Shown here: positions 1 through 9,767 of the stretch, piece by piece
Numbering within the stretch: the stretch's first letter is position 1
How the letters are laid out: each line of letters opens with the position of its first letter
NCBI GenBank assembly: GCA_965214775.1
Contig: OZ243974.1
Coordinates: 704,001-768,000 of the forward strand
Source of the DNA: Nitrosopumilus sp.
Lineage (GTDB): Archaea > Thermoproteota > Nitrososphaeria > Nitrososphaerales > Nitrosopumilaceae
Direction of reading: 5' to 3'
DNA length: 64,000 nt
Position numbers and translations under genes: made by a program
The notes under the pieces: generated by a model
Seen by the model: only the letters and a program-made list of their open reading frames with translations
What the model was told of the DNA's origin: nothing
The model's database searches: none

Positions 1-162
1 AGGCGCTTTTTGCAGGCCGGGCACAAAAATCATAGATGTGCACGCCAATTCGTACCTGATTTGCAGAGGGTAGGTGGCCTCGCACTGTTCAACCAGGTGA
101 AATCTGGGGGTTGCCGTCTTTGCCTTGCTGTTGAGGCGTCGTGCCTCCTGTGCCATCTTCTG

Positions 163-252
163 TAGTGCGCACATCAAAAAAACGGACCGTAATTTTGACA
201 TATCGTGTGCTTATTTTGATAAAAAATGTCCGGATTTCAACTGCGTGCACTA
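163..252 (+). mobile_element. MITE-like element, family B (about 90 bp, TAGTGCGCAC termini)
   Basis: Starts TAGTGCGCACATC and ends AACTGCGTGCACTA; near-identical copy at 44977-45064 and inverted copy at 61122-61209. Confidence 0.8.
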
Positions 253-351
253 TGTTTTTATTCGATTTTTTGGCACTCTATGGCTGAGCCTGTTACTGAA
301 AATTCAGAACTTGTCAGAGGCGCACTTTCAGCTTTTCAGCGCATTCAACTG

Positions 352-3300
352 TCATGAGGGTTTCTGCCTCAGAAGGAGTACTGTAACAGACCCGATCACA
401 GCTCCGGAGGCAATTCCGACAATTATCCCAAGTGTGAAAGAAGAGCCGTCGTCTTGATACGTGTTTTGTTCTTGCCTGCCACTATGCGATATTTTGTTTT
501 TCCCCTCAGTGATCTCGACAGGCCCTTTGTTTTCGCTTGACTGCTGATGCGGCTCAATACTTGTGTTGGCAGATTGGACAGATCCGGTTGCGCTGCCCGG
601 AACCGGATCTTCTGAGATGCTTGAGAATTTGCCAACAACAGTGATAGGCTCAGTTGTAGAGTTGCCCCCAAACAGCGTCGAGTGCGCCATCACCGAATAT
701 GTTCCGGTTTGGTTAATCGGAACATAAAGAACAGTTGAGGTGTCATCCTTGTTTTTTACGGGGTAGAATCCGCCGCCCTGGCTAAAAACGGAGTTGCCCA
801 GCCAATCAAGTGATGCCCACCCAAGAAAGTGCCCAAAGACCCCCGAAGGGACGTTTGTCTGGATGATCTTCCCGGAGGGATCCACTGCAAAAACGGACAG
901 ATTCGTATCTTCATTCTCCCACGAGATCTCTATTGCGGCATAGTTAATAGAGTCATTCCGGACATCAAAATAAAACTGCCTCCAGTCCCCTGCCATGTAG
1001 CGGTTTGCCATGTCAAAGGCCCCCTTGGCATACCCGGTTCCATACATTATGTCCTCGCTGTGCTTGCCTTCCAGAACCACAGTCGAGCCGCTCTGATCAA
1101 CGGGAGTCTTTAAAACAAAGGACACGGGGGCATTAACCGTGTGCATGTCGCCTGCAAAGTTGAGAAACCCCTGGTAAACTCCGCTAGGGAGATCTTTTGG
1201 GGGGACCAGAGTCGCGTCAAATTCGGATTTGCCGTTTGCAGGAACTGTGATTGACTCTGATTCAGTCCAGATCACAGGCCACCTTTCCTTTTGGTAATAG
1301 CTTGCAGAAAGCGTATATCCCATTGACGTCGAGTTTGTCTTCGTGTCGCCCAGCCAGTAGGAGTATTTTGTCGGAACTGGGTAAACCCCGACTAGCGGAA
1401 CCCCCTCGAATTTCTCGCCGGGCTCTGTTAGACGCAGTTCTTGGACTGTCCCCCAGGAGCCGGCCCTGTTTATCATCGAGAGTTCGCTGCTTGTGATTTT
1501 TGTATCGTTGTCAGAGTCTATCCAGTCATAGATGTACAGCGAGGATATCTGCAGATCATCTGCATAGACGATGGTGTCGACCGTATTGTTCATGAAGCTG
1601 TCAAACGGAAAATTCACGTTTAGGATCATCAATTCCGTGTCTGCAGGGATCGGGTTTGACTCGTCAAAAAAGTCACCCGTACTTGAGTGGTGCCTTACAT
1701 CTGAAAGCCGGACATAGTTTGGGGCATACACCCCGGTCTTGTTTAGGATCGGGTCCTGCTGGAGAACGGCTGTTTGCCCGTCATATTCGGTTCTTTGGAT
1801 CAATGACAGTCTCTGGGGTTCGACCCTTACAACGATGTCCTCGTCAGTCGGATTTTCAATGGTATATGTTGTCGTACTGCGCCCTTCTGGCAGCAGGTGG
1901 CCTGCAAACCAGCCTGTCATGGGGATAGGCTTTGCAGGCAGCCCAAACTGTTCAAATCCGATCTCAGTAGAGTTTACGTTATCCATGGAGGATTCCAGGA
2001 TCTCCCGCAGGTTTTGGTATGATCTGTCGTTATGTACAATAAAGATGCCGTTTGTTCCGTTTACAAAGTCCAGTGCCTTTGAAACGTCTGCCAATCCGGC
2101 ACCCTGGGTGAACGGGTCGTTTTTCAGATCAGATGCCGAAGACATCAAGATGTTCTTTATCAGAAACGGATCATAGTCTTTGGATTTGTCTTTCATTGCC
2201 TCGATTATAATTGCCGCACTGCCAGAGACGATGGGGGCAGCCATGCTTGTGCCCCCAAACAGCGAGATTGGCTCGTCTCTGCCGGAGTCCTTTTTTGGCG
2301 TCAGGACGTTTGATGGCGTAAACCCGTGCGCCCCAATGCTCATCACGTCAGGCTTGGGATCCCCGATTATGCCGGGGCCCCGGCTTGAGAAATCCACCAC
2401 ATGGTTGTAGTGCTCAGTGGTGTTTCCGAACCTTGGCTGGTCCTTGAACTGGCCATATCCCACAAATACGTTGTTTGTCGTTGCGCCGACAGAGATTCCA
2501 AACGGGGACGCGGTCGGCAGTCCGATCGTCCCGTAGCCGTGTCCGGAATTTCCCGCACTTGAGACGATTGCCACCCCGGGATAGTCCTCATCCAGCGAGT
2601 TAGGGATCGTCAAGACTCCCAGTATCAACGAGAGGACATCCATTCCCGGGGCCGCATCAAGGGTCGGGAAGGTAGAAACCCCCCAGCTGTTTGAAATGAC
2701 GTCTGCCCTAGGATGCCCCGAGAATTCCCAGTCGGTTCCGTTGTTCTCAAATCCCGCCGCCCACAGCCACCCGTAGACCGTATCGCCAAACCACAGTGCC
2801 TTGACCGGGATTATCTTTGCGTTTGGGGCGGCGCCTGTGATGGTGTATCCCTTGGAGTCATTGTAAATGTCATAAGTCAGATGGCCCCGAGAGACAATGG
2901 ATGCGGCACTGGATGTTCCATGACCCTGAAAGTCAGTCATCAGTCCGAAAAATTCGCCGTCAGGATCCAATGGCGGAAGGACTGTCCCATTTATTGCGTT
3001 CAGGGAGTCATGTATGTCTGCCGTAGAGTTGCTGCCCCCAATGACACCATAGACGTCCAGAACCTGTGCCCCTACCGTTCCGGCGCTATAGTCAGGCTTG
3101 CCGTCATCATCAGAGTCATATACGAGAAACTCTTTTCCGCTTCCCAGTACGATTGGCTGCTCATCGGTAAAGTCAAAGTCATAGTCCGGCTCTTCTTCAG
3201 GCTCTAGGTCAGATCGTGTATAGTCCTCCCATGATGTCGAGAGATCGGGGATTATCGTGTCATAGACTCCCGGCTCAAACGAGTCGACTACCAGAACCGG

Positions 3301-4386
3301 TACGACCTGGACTGTTGTTGCTGCAAGGGGTCCGGACAGTGCGCCCTGATATATGACTCCCAGATGGTAGACGCCGCTCTTTGACTGGATGTAGTCCCTG
3401 TTGCTGCTGCCGATTTTCATGTCGTTTGCCAGCGTGCCGTTAAAGACGACTGATGAGCCCAGCTGTGGGAAAAACGAGTTGTAAATTGGGATCTTGCTTC
3501 CCTTTCCCCCCTGCGAGACGTCCAGGAATACGCCGTCCCTTGTGACATATGCAGACGATGTCATGTGTGGCGGGAGGGGTTTGCTGTAGTTTCGGATTAT
3601 CTCGTTTTCGTCAATGTATGCGAAAAATGTCGCATTTGTCAGTATGATTCCCTGGCCGTCAGGATCAAACATTACTGGATGGTTGGCCCCGTCTCTTGCA
3701 AGGGAATGCCGCATGTCCATGTTGGAAAAGTCGACTCCGGTGTCGACTATTGCTATTGTCGTTCCGTTTCCGGTATAGCCGTACTTTTCTTCTGCCATGC
3801 CGGACTTTGAGATTTGGGGTATTCTGGAGGCATCAGGTGGAGGTTGTTGCTGGTGCTGCTTCTGCTGGTGCTGCTGTTTTTCTGCGGGTAAATGAAAGTC
3901 CAGCGCAAAGTCCTCAATGACGACATGGCCTTTTGAGATCATGCTGGATGCGCTTTGCTTGGACATCAGCGCGACATGGAAAAATCCGCTATCTGAGCTG
4001 ATTCGATATATAGGATTGCCGTTGTTGCTGATGTCACCTTCCAAGGGATTTGCCTTTTCTTGGCTGCTGCTGCTGATGCCTGCTGCTGCTGATGTTGTTG
4101 TTGTTCCAAAGACAAGGTACCGTCGCACATCATTTTCAGCGGTAAAAAAGTTTGGATCAACTCTGACTATTTCCGAATCAAAAACAACGGGGTTCGTGCT
4201 GCTGTTGATGCCGTCATGCAGAATTTCGTTTTCCATTGCAAAAGAATTTGCCACTCCTGCTGGCAAGAGAAGAATTGCCGGGAAGAGGAAGAAGAGAAGG
4301 AAGAAAATTGCCACCCTGTTGTTGGGCATGACTTCATGTCTCCATGTTGTATTATTATAACTATCTTCTGCGCGCAAGAATTGCAA
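352..4386 (-). CDS. S8 (subtilisin-like) serine peptidase with C-terminal membrane anchor; true start probably the downstream ATG of MPNNRV
   Basis: Catalytic motifs VDTGVD, HGTSSA, GTSMAAP and oxyanion AGNSG; hydrophobic signal segment and C-terminal TM helix. Confidence 0.92.
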   Translation of the reverse strand: MQFLRAEDSYNNTTWRHEVMPNNRVAIFFLLFFLFPAILLLPAGVANSFAMENEILHDGINSSTNPVVFDSEIVRVDPNFFTAENDVRRYLVFGTTTTSAAAGISSSSQEKANPLEGDISNNGNPIYRISSDSGFFHVALMSKQSASSMISKGHVVIEDFALDFHLPAEKQQHQQKQHQQQPPPDASRIPQISKSGMAEEKYGYTGNGTTIAIVDTGVDFSNMDMRHSLARDGANHPVMFDPDGQGIILTNATFFAYIDENEIIRNYSKPLPPHMTSSAYVTRDGVFLDVSQGGKGSKIPIYNSFFPQLGSSVVFNGTLANDMKIGSSNRDYIQSKSGVYHLGVIYQGALSGPLAATTVQVVPVLVVDSFEPGVYDTIIPDLSTSWEDYTRSDLEPEEEPDYDFDFTDEQPIVLGSGKEFLVYDSDDDGKPDYSAGTVGAQVLDVYGVIGGSNSTADIHDSLNAINGTVLPPLDPDGEFFGLMTDFQGHGTSSAASIVSRGHLTYDIYNDSKGYTITGAAPNAKIIPVKALWFGDTVYGWLWAAGFENNGTDWEFSGHPRADVISNSWGVSTFPTLDAAPGMDVLSLILGVLTIPNSLDEDYPGVAIVSSAGNSGHGYGTIGLPTASPFGISVGATTNNVFVGYGQFKDQPRFGNTTEHYNHVVDFSSRGPGIIGDPKPDVMSIGAHGFTPSNVLTPKKDSGRDEPISLFGGTSMAAPIVSGSAAIIIEAMKDKSKDYDPFLIKNILMSSASDLKNDPFTQGAGLADVSKALDFVNGTNGIFIVHNDRSYQNLREILESSMDNVNSTEIGFEQFGLPAKPIPMTGWFAGHLLPEGRSTTTYTIENPTDEDIVVRVEPQRLSLIQRTEYDGQTAVLQQDPILNKTGVYAPNYVRLSDVRHHSSTGDFFDESNPIPADTELMILNVNFPFDSFMNNTVDTIVYADDLQISSLYIYDWIDSDNDTKITSSELSMINRAGSWGTVQELRLTEPGEKFEGVPLVGVYPVPTKYSYWLGDTKTNSTSMGYTLSASYYQKERWPVIWTESESITVPANGKSEFDATLVPPKDLPSGVYQGFLNFAGDMHTVNAPVSFVLKTPVDQSGSTVVLEGKHSEDIMYGTGYAKGAFDMANRYMAGDWRQFYFDVRNDSINYAAIEISWENEDTNLSVFAVDPSGKIIQTNVPSGVFGHFLGWASLDWLGNSVFSQGGGFYPVKNKDDTSTVLYVPINQTGTYSVMAHSTLFGGNSTTEPITVVGKFSSISEDPVPGSATGSVQSANTSIEPHQQSSENKGPVEITEGKNKISHSGRQEQNTYQDDGSSFTLGIIVGIASGAVIGSVTVLLLRQKPS

Positions 4387-5392
4387 TCTGTAAGGCTACG
4401 ATGAGTCCGATTGCGCCAATTATCGGAAACAATAGCGAGTTTAGTTGGGACGAGGCCTCAAAGATGAGGGGTACCGAATTTGTTATGGTTCCAGTGCTTT
4501 CGTCTATTTTGTCGCTTGCATCCTCCAGGGTTCTGTCAAAGCCTGCAATCTCGGACTTTAGGATGTCTACCTCTTTGGATGTTTGGCCCAAAATCTCGTT
4601 TAGTCGTATTATCTGATCAGAGATTCCACCCAAGTCCTGGCTTAGCACGTTGGTTGCAGCCGAGCCGTGCGATGTTGTCCCTTGGCTAAAGGCCACAACG
4701 TGGAAGACGTGGGTGCCTTCCTCAATTGGCGTGTAATCCACATAGTACAGTCCCTGGTGCAGCGTTTTAAACGAGTGTGTTAGCGGGACGGAGACTCCGG
4801 AGGGCAGATGGACGTGTGTTGTCCCCAGCAGATCTTCCGGATCGTTTCCGATTAGCAGTCCGTCGCTCGTAGTCTGGACAAACACCCTGATTGGCTGGCT
4901 TATTGCCGCAGTCTCGGGGGCAAATACAAGGGTGTTTACATGCCGTTCCACGGGAACGTCAAGCAGTTCTGTCGTCGAAGAGAACTTTACGTCAATTTTT
5001 TTGGAGATTCCGTTTTGCTCGGTGCTGATCACTTCAACGGCGTATGTGCCGTATGGAAAGTTTGCCGATGGTTGGGGCCAGGTCAACAGGGAGTAGTTGA
5101 ACGTTCCGTCCGATTCTGTTGTGAGTTGATCAAACTTTGCAATTGACTCGTCTGGTGCAAAAACCCGGATGATCAGGCTCTCTTCTGGCAGTGCGCTTCC
5201 GTACACCTGGAGGTTGTGAGCAGGGGAGTACACCTTGCTGTTTGTAAACAACTCAAGGGAGTGCTGCCCATCGCCTGATTGACCAAACGAGCTTGGAGCG
5301 CCGGGAAGGACAAATGCAGTGGTGGCAATAGCAATAGCAACAACAACAACAAGGACAGCGGTGGCAAGCAGAGCCGGGGTTTTGACTTTCAT
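4361..5392 (-). CDS. Secreted/membrane-anchored protein (beta-rich domains, coiled coil, C-terminal TM helix)
   Basis: 343-aa ORF with signal peptide, heptad region and LLFPIIGAIGLIVALQIAILARRR anchor; co-oriented with the S8 peptidase. Confidence 0.8.
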   Translation of the reverse strand: MKVKTPALLATAVLVVVVAIAIATTAFVLPGAPSSFGQSGDGQHSLELFTNSKVYSPAHNLQVYGSALPEESLIIRVFAPDESIAKFDQLTTESDGTFNYSLLTWPQPSANFPYGTYAVEVISTEQNGISKKIDVKFSSTTELLDVPVERHVNTLVFAPETAAISQPIRVFVQTTSDGLLIGNDPEDLLGTTHVHLPSGVSVPLTHSFKTLHQGLYYVDYTPIEEGTHVFHVVAFSQGTTSHGSAATNVLSQDLGGISDQIIRLNEILGQTSKEVDILKSEIAGFDRTLEDASDKIDESTGTITNSVPLIFEASSQLNSLLFPIIGAIGLIVALQIAILARRR

Positions 5393-5502
5393 TTTGATTT
5401 ATCTCAAATTTCCTCCTAGATATGCATTAGGCTTGCCCTGCCTGTATGCCTGTTTGTCCTGCTACCATCGGGTGCATCATATGAAAATTATGTTGCACCA
5501 TC

Positions 5503-5632
5503 GGGGTTGTCGCCTAATTCATCAGAATTTCTGAAAACCATACGATGTCATCCGAACCTAGGAGTGCTGGAGGAGTGGAGGCTCAGGAAAACGTGTAGGC
5601 TGAGCCAAGCAGGTAAATTAGGCGACAACCCC
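5503..5632 (+). mobile_element. MITE-like element, family C (130 bp, 16-bp perfect TIR, ~9-bp TSD)
   Basis: GGGGTTGTCGCCTAAT...ATTAGGCGACAACCCC flanked by TGCACCATC / CGCACCATC. Confidence 0.88.
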
Positions 5633-5647
5633 CGCACCATCACCAGC

Positions 5648-6170
5648 GTTCTCCTCCATCCATTTTGGGTTGCTTTTCCTGATCGCATCTGTGGCCTTCC
5701 TGTCACAGAATGCCCGCAACGGCGTCTGGTAGTTGTCGATATCCGGCGGCCAGTGCAGCCTGTCCTCGTTGTAGTATAACAACGAGCAGAAGTCTTTGAG
5801 TCAAGACATGGCAGATTGCCCGTGAAAGACCTCAACTATTTGTGAGCGCTGCTATAACCTATGTATGCAGGCAGGCTCTCGTGGTTCCACATCTCCTCCT
5901 TGATGCTCCTGTGGAACCTCTCCGGCTTCCCGTTGGTCTGCAGGTGATACGGCCTAGAGTTTATCAGATCTATTCCGCAGTTGAGCAGCTCCTCCTCAAA
6001 GGCAGTAGACGTCCACCTGCCTTGGGCGGGCCCTTCTTCTTCCTCTTCCTCTTCGGATTTGAGTACGCCCTGACAAAGTACTTGTCGTTGTCTGAGAGGA
6101 TTGTGGCAGACGTACCGAATCGAGTCACGGCCTGCCGCATGACAGTCACCATGCTCTCCGACGTGGTCTT
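5648..6170 (-). pseudogene. IS481-like (rve/DDE) transposase remnant, frameshifted and interrupted by a MITE
   Basis: Fragments RFGTSATILSDN, GIDLINSRPYHLQTNGKPERFHRSIKEE and YNEDRLHW...TPLRAF lie in different frames. Confidence 0.85.
5777..5854. mobile_element. MITE-like element, family D (78 bp, TA TSD)
   Basis: TA|TAACAACGAGCAGAA...TTTGTGAGCGCTGCTA|TA; removing it restores the IGYYNE codons of the host transposase; homolog at 35160-35242. Confidence 0.85.
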
Positions 6171-6179
6171 CCTGAGCAG

Positions 6180-6314
6180 AGAGTTGATTCGAAATTAGCA
6201 GATTCAGATTATTTGTGGATAAACGTACAAAACAACTCAAAACACCAACAAAATACAAGTTATCTGTGAAATCACCTGAAAAATTCGTACGGCTTCTAAT
6301 TTCGGATCATCTCT
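6180..6314 (+). mobile_element. MITE-like element, family A (135 bp)
   Basis: Imperfect TIR AGAGTTGATTCGAAATTAG...CTAATTTCGGATCATCTCT; related copies at 9489, 27220, 29672 and 61255. Confidence 0.85.
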
Positions 6315-6619
6315 ATGATTCTAATCTTTGGATCAAAAACAGTTGTCAGCAAGAGTTTACCCCTCCGGCGACACTGCTGCTGATTGGATCCCTTATGATC
6401 ATGCCTTCCACGCCGTATCTCAGGTGAGAGGTAAACTCCCATATCAAATTATGCTGATTCCCTACACGGGCCGCTGCGAGTGTGCGTTGCTCAGTCAGAC
6501 GCATTCACTAGATATTTCATCGCTTTATATCCCTACCAGTTCTCAAAGTCATACGTTTTTTTATGTGCGGACTAGCGTATTTTTTAACATATGTTACCAT
6601 TTTATGAGATTTTTTCAGG

Positions 6620-8074
6620 CTAAATCTGTGCCTTGATCCTCTTCTTTCCCAAGAGGTTTTTGTATAGCAAGACTGCCTCTGACTCGTCCTTGGGCCCAAC
6701 CACTACAGCAGAGCCCTTTCTCATAAAGCTTACAGACAGATCATCTGTCCTCAATGACAACCCCAGATCACCCTGGTTCTCGACTATGAATCCCTTTTCC
6801 TTGGCAATGGACGTAACACAGTCAACGTCAAGATCAAACGTCTCTGTGGGGGTTATGGAGAAAGTCCGCTTGCCGCGATTGCGCCCGCATAACTCCTCTA
6901 AAATCAGTTCCTCTTTTTCTTTTTCTTTTTCTTCAGCAACCTCAAGTCCCTCTCCTACTTCTTCTTCTTCTCTTCCTCCTCCCGTGCCACATATTGGGCA
7001 CTCGGCGGCCCTGAAAGTCCTAGCATTGCTAAAGTCAAGACTGTCTAAATCGACATGCAGAATCCTTTCAGACAGGTTTGGTTTTTTTCCAAGAATTATC
7101 TTTACGGCTTCTGCAACTTCAATTGCGCCAATGATTGAAAGTATCGGTGGATGGACGCCTTCAATGCTGCATGTCGGCATTGCGTCCTCGTCTAGTCCGG
7201 GAAACATGCAAAAATAGCACGCGGATTTTTTTGGCAGGATCGTAAAGGCCTGTCCGGACGTTCCGACTGCAGCGCCGGTGACAAACGGGATGCCATGCAT
7301 TACGCATGCCTTGTTTAGCGCGTACCTTGCATTGACACTGTCAAGGGCATCAACGACTACATCGCATCCTTGAACGGCTTCCAGTGCAGTGTAATCGTTT
7401 ATGGAAATAGCAAGTGCCTCAATCCTGCATTCGGGATTTCGTTTTTGCAGCTTTCTTGCAGCCACCTCCACCTTGACCTGGCCGACATCGGCCTCATCAA
7501 ACATTGTCTGCCTGTGCAGGTTTGACAGTTCGATTACGTCCCTGTCAATGATTCGCAGATTTCCAACCCCCATTGCAGCCAGTCTGGAGATTATCGGATG
7601 TCCCAGACCGCCGGTTCCAACGACGCATATCCTGGCGTTTTTCAGTTTTAGCTGTCCGGCATAGCCGATTTCCTCTAGCATCACCTGGCGGGAGAACTTG
7701 TCCAGTTCCTTTGGCGAGAGACTTTCCTCCTCTGTCTCTGCTGCCTCAGATCCATCCCCGCTGTCTCTGCTGTCTCCTTCTTCTCCTCCTGCAACGGCAG
7801 GCAAAATGTATACCTCGTCGCCGTCTTTTAGAGCGGTTTTCATGCCGTCAGAAAACTTGGCGTTTTTTCCATTGACGTATATGTTAATTAACGAGCGCGG
7901 GGTAATGCCGTCTGCCTCTAATACGCGCCGCTTAAAATCATCTCCCATTGCCTTGGAAATTTTTGCAAACGCATCACTTAAAGAGTCAGCAGACATCGCG
8001 GTTTTCTTCTCTCCTTTGCCCTGGTTCAAGACAGAAGGTATGGTAAATGTAATGTTGCTTGCCATGTCTATCAC
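6620..8074 (-). CDS. ThiS/MoaD (ubiquitin-like) - ThiF/MoeB (E1-like adenylyltransferase) fusion
   Basis: N-terminal beta-grasp domain ending LPAVAGG; MoeB motifs GTGGLG, SNLHRQ, CYFC and CPIC. Confidence 0.92.
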   Translation of the reverse strand: MIDMASNITFTIPSVLNQGKGEKKTAMSADSLSDAFAKISKAMGDDFKRRVLEADGITPRSLINIYVNGKNAKFSDGMKTALKDGDEVYILPAVAGGEEGDSRDSGDGSEAAETEEESLSPKELDKFSRQVMLEEIGYAGQLKLKNARICVVGTGGLGHPIISRLAAMGVGNLRIIDRDVIELSNLHRQTMFDEADVGQVKVEVAARKLQKRNPECRIEALAISINDYTALEAVQGCDVVVDALDSVNARYALNKACVMHGIPFVTGAAVGTSGQAFTILPKKSACYFCMFPGLDEDAMPTCSIEGVHPPILSIIGAIEVAEAVKIILGKKPNLSERILHVDLDSLDFSNARTFRAAECPICGTGGGREEEEVGEGLEVAEEKEKEKEELILEELCGRNRGKRTFSITPTETFDLDVDCVTSIAKEKGFIVENQGDLGLSLRTDDLSVSFMRKGSAVVVGPKDESEAVLLYKNLLGKKRIKAQI

Positions 8075-9318
8075 TGGTCAACTGCCGCCGATATTTTGCC
8101 CACATCTGCCTTCATCACTGTTGGCTTTTCGAGCACTTCCATGATTGATTCAGTTGCCTTTAGGCCGTTTCCAGTGACATAGCAGACCACCTTTTCATCT
8201 GCATCAATCTTGCCCTGCTCTGCCATCTTTTGCAATACGGCCACAGAGACGCCTCCTGCAGGCTCTGTGAATATTCCCTCGGTTTTTGCCAAAAGCAGTA
8301 TTGCATCAAGGATTTCTCTGTTATTTGACTCCTCGGCAAACCCGTTGTATTGTTCGAGCCGCTTGAGGACATACCTGCCATCTCCCGGATCCCCAATGGC
8401 CAAGCTCTTTGCAACAGTATCAGGGTTCTCGACCGGGATGACGACATCCCTGCTGTTTTTCTTAAATGCGTCGACTACCGGGGCGCATCCATGGGGCTGC
8501 GCTGCATTAACATGCATGCCAGAGACATCGTCAAGCAGTGAGACGGACTGCAGCTCCTCAAATCCCTTGCATATTGCATTAAGCATTGCGCCACTTCCCA
8601 CCGGAACAACCAGCTGATCTGGCACCTGCCAGTCCAGCTGCTCGGCAACCTCATATGCCAAGGTTTTAGAGCCTTCCACATAGTACGAACGCATGTTAAT
8701 ATTAACAATCCCGATTCCCTTGCTGTCGCCAATCTGGGCGGCAATCCTGTTTGCATCATCATAAGTGCCATCGACTGCAATGTAGTTTGCGCCATAAGAC
8801 AGTGCCTGAGCTATCTTTGCCATCTCAATGTCACTGGGGGCAAAGATATGACAGGCAAGTCCGCCTTTAGCTGCATGGGCGGCAGTTGCAGATGCAAGAT
8901 TGCCCGTAGAGGCACAGCCTACTGCAGTCATTCCGAACTCCCTTGCCTTGGAGACTGCAACGCCGGCCGGCCTGTCCTTAAAGGAGAATGTAGGGTTGAC
9001 AGAGTCGTTTTTGATGTAGAGGTTCTTCAGTCCCAGATGATCCCCTAGTTTTTCCGCTTTAACAAGGGGAGTCATTCCGGCATCGATGCTTACAATGCTT
9101 GACCTGTCCTCGATTGGGAGCAGTTCAAAATATCTCCAGTAAGTCTTTTCCCTGCCTGCAAACGTGTCTTTGGAGACGGCAGCAGGAATATCGTATCTTA
9201 CGTCAAGCGGCCCAAAGCAGTCATCGCAGACATACTTGAAGGCAGGCTCGTAGCTTTTTTTGCATTCCCTGCATTGCAGCAAAATTCTAGCCAAGATCAG
9301 TCCTTGTTTTGACAACAT
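8071..9318 (-). CDS. thrC: Threonine synthase family PLP enzyme
   Basis: NPTFSFKDR, CASTGNL, VPVGSG, TGNGLK motifs; N-terminal CxxC pairs. Confidence 0.9.
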   Translation of the reverse strand: MLSKQGLILARILLQCRECKKSYEPAFKYVCDDCFGPLDVRYDIPAAVSKDTFAGREKTYWRYFELLPIEDRSSIVSIDAGMTPLVKAEKLGDHLGLKNLYIKNDSVNPTFSFKDRPAGVAVSKAREFGMTAVGCASTGNLASATAAHAAKGGLACHIFAPSDIEMAKIAQALSYGANYIAVDGTYDDANRIAAQIGDSKGIGIVNINMRSYYVEGSKTLAYEVAEQLDWQVPDQLVVPVGSGAMLNAICKGFEELQSVSLLDDVSGMHVNAAQPHGCAPVVDAFKKNSRDVVIPVENPDTVAKSLAIGDPGDGRYVLKRLEQYNGFAEESNNREILDAILLLAKTEGIFTEPAGGVSVAVLQKMAEQGKIDADEKVVCYVTGNGLKATESIMEVLEKPTVMKADVGKISAAVDQ

Positions 9319-9341
9319 AGATAAAAAATCCTAATATCAAG

Positions 9342-9356
9342 TTAAGTAATACTTAA
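9342..9356. promoter_or_regulatory. 7-1-7 palindrome over the thrC-moeB promoter region
   Basis: TTAAGTA-A-TACTTAA in the AT-rich region just upstream of thrC. Confidence 0.4.
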
Positions 9357-9488
9357 TTTTGTCAAATAAAAATTTAATGAAAAGCGACCCGAGATGGATG
9401 GAGAAGAATACTAATGATGGGGCAGAACTAATTTCCGTATGAAGCAAATATTCCAAGATATGGAAAGTCAATATTGGTTCCTTTTTCT

Positions 9489-9625
9489 GAGATGATCCGA
9501 AATTAGAAGCCGTACGAATTTTTCAAGTAATTTCACAGATAACTTGTATTTTGTAGGTGTTTTGAGCCGTTTTATGCAAATTCGTTCACAAATAATCAGA
9601 GTTTGCTAATTTCGAATCAACTCTC
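9489..9625 (-). mobile_element. MITE-like element, family A
   Basis: GAGATGATCCGAAATTAG...CTAATTTCGAATCAACTCTC; inverted homolog of 6180-6314. Confidence 0.85.
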
Positions 9626-9767
9626 AGGGGGACGTGACTTCAATCCTGCCTAGGGCCATCATATTACTTTCGGATCACCACTCAGGGCCGCCGTCATCCG
9701 CACCAACTGCTCTCAGTGAAAACTAGATCACCGCAACTTCAGGGCAGGTCTGTTTGATGCAAGTTCC

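Noticed and set aside
5836-6258. 140-aa ORF starting MYFVGVLSCF, echoed at 29728-29931
   Set aside because: The shared N-terminus is translated family A MITE sequence, not a protein family.
9660-9701. Partial match (CATATTACT...GCCGTCATCCG) to the reverse complement of the 38-bp repeat
   Set aside because: Only an 11-bp exact block plus a gapped 9-mer; plausibly chance.
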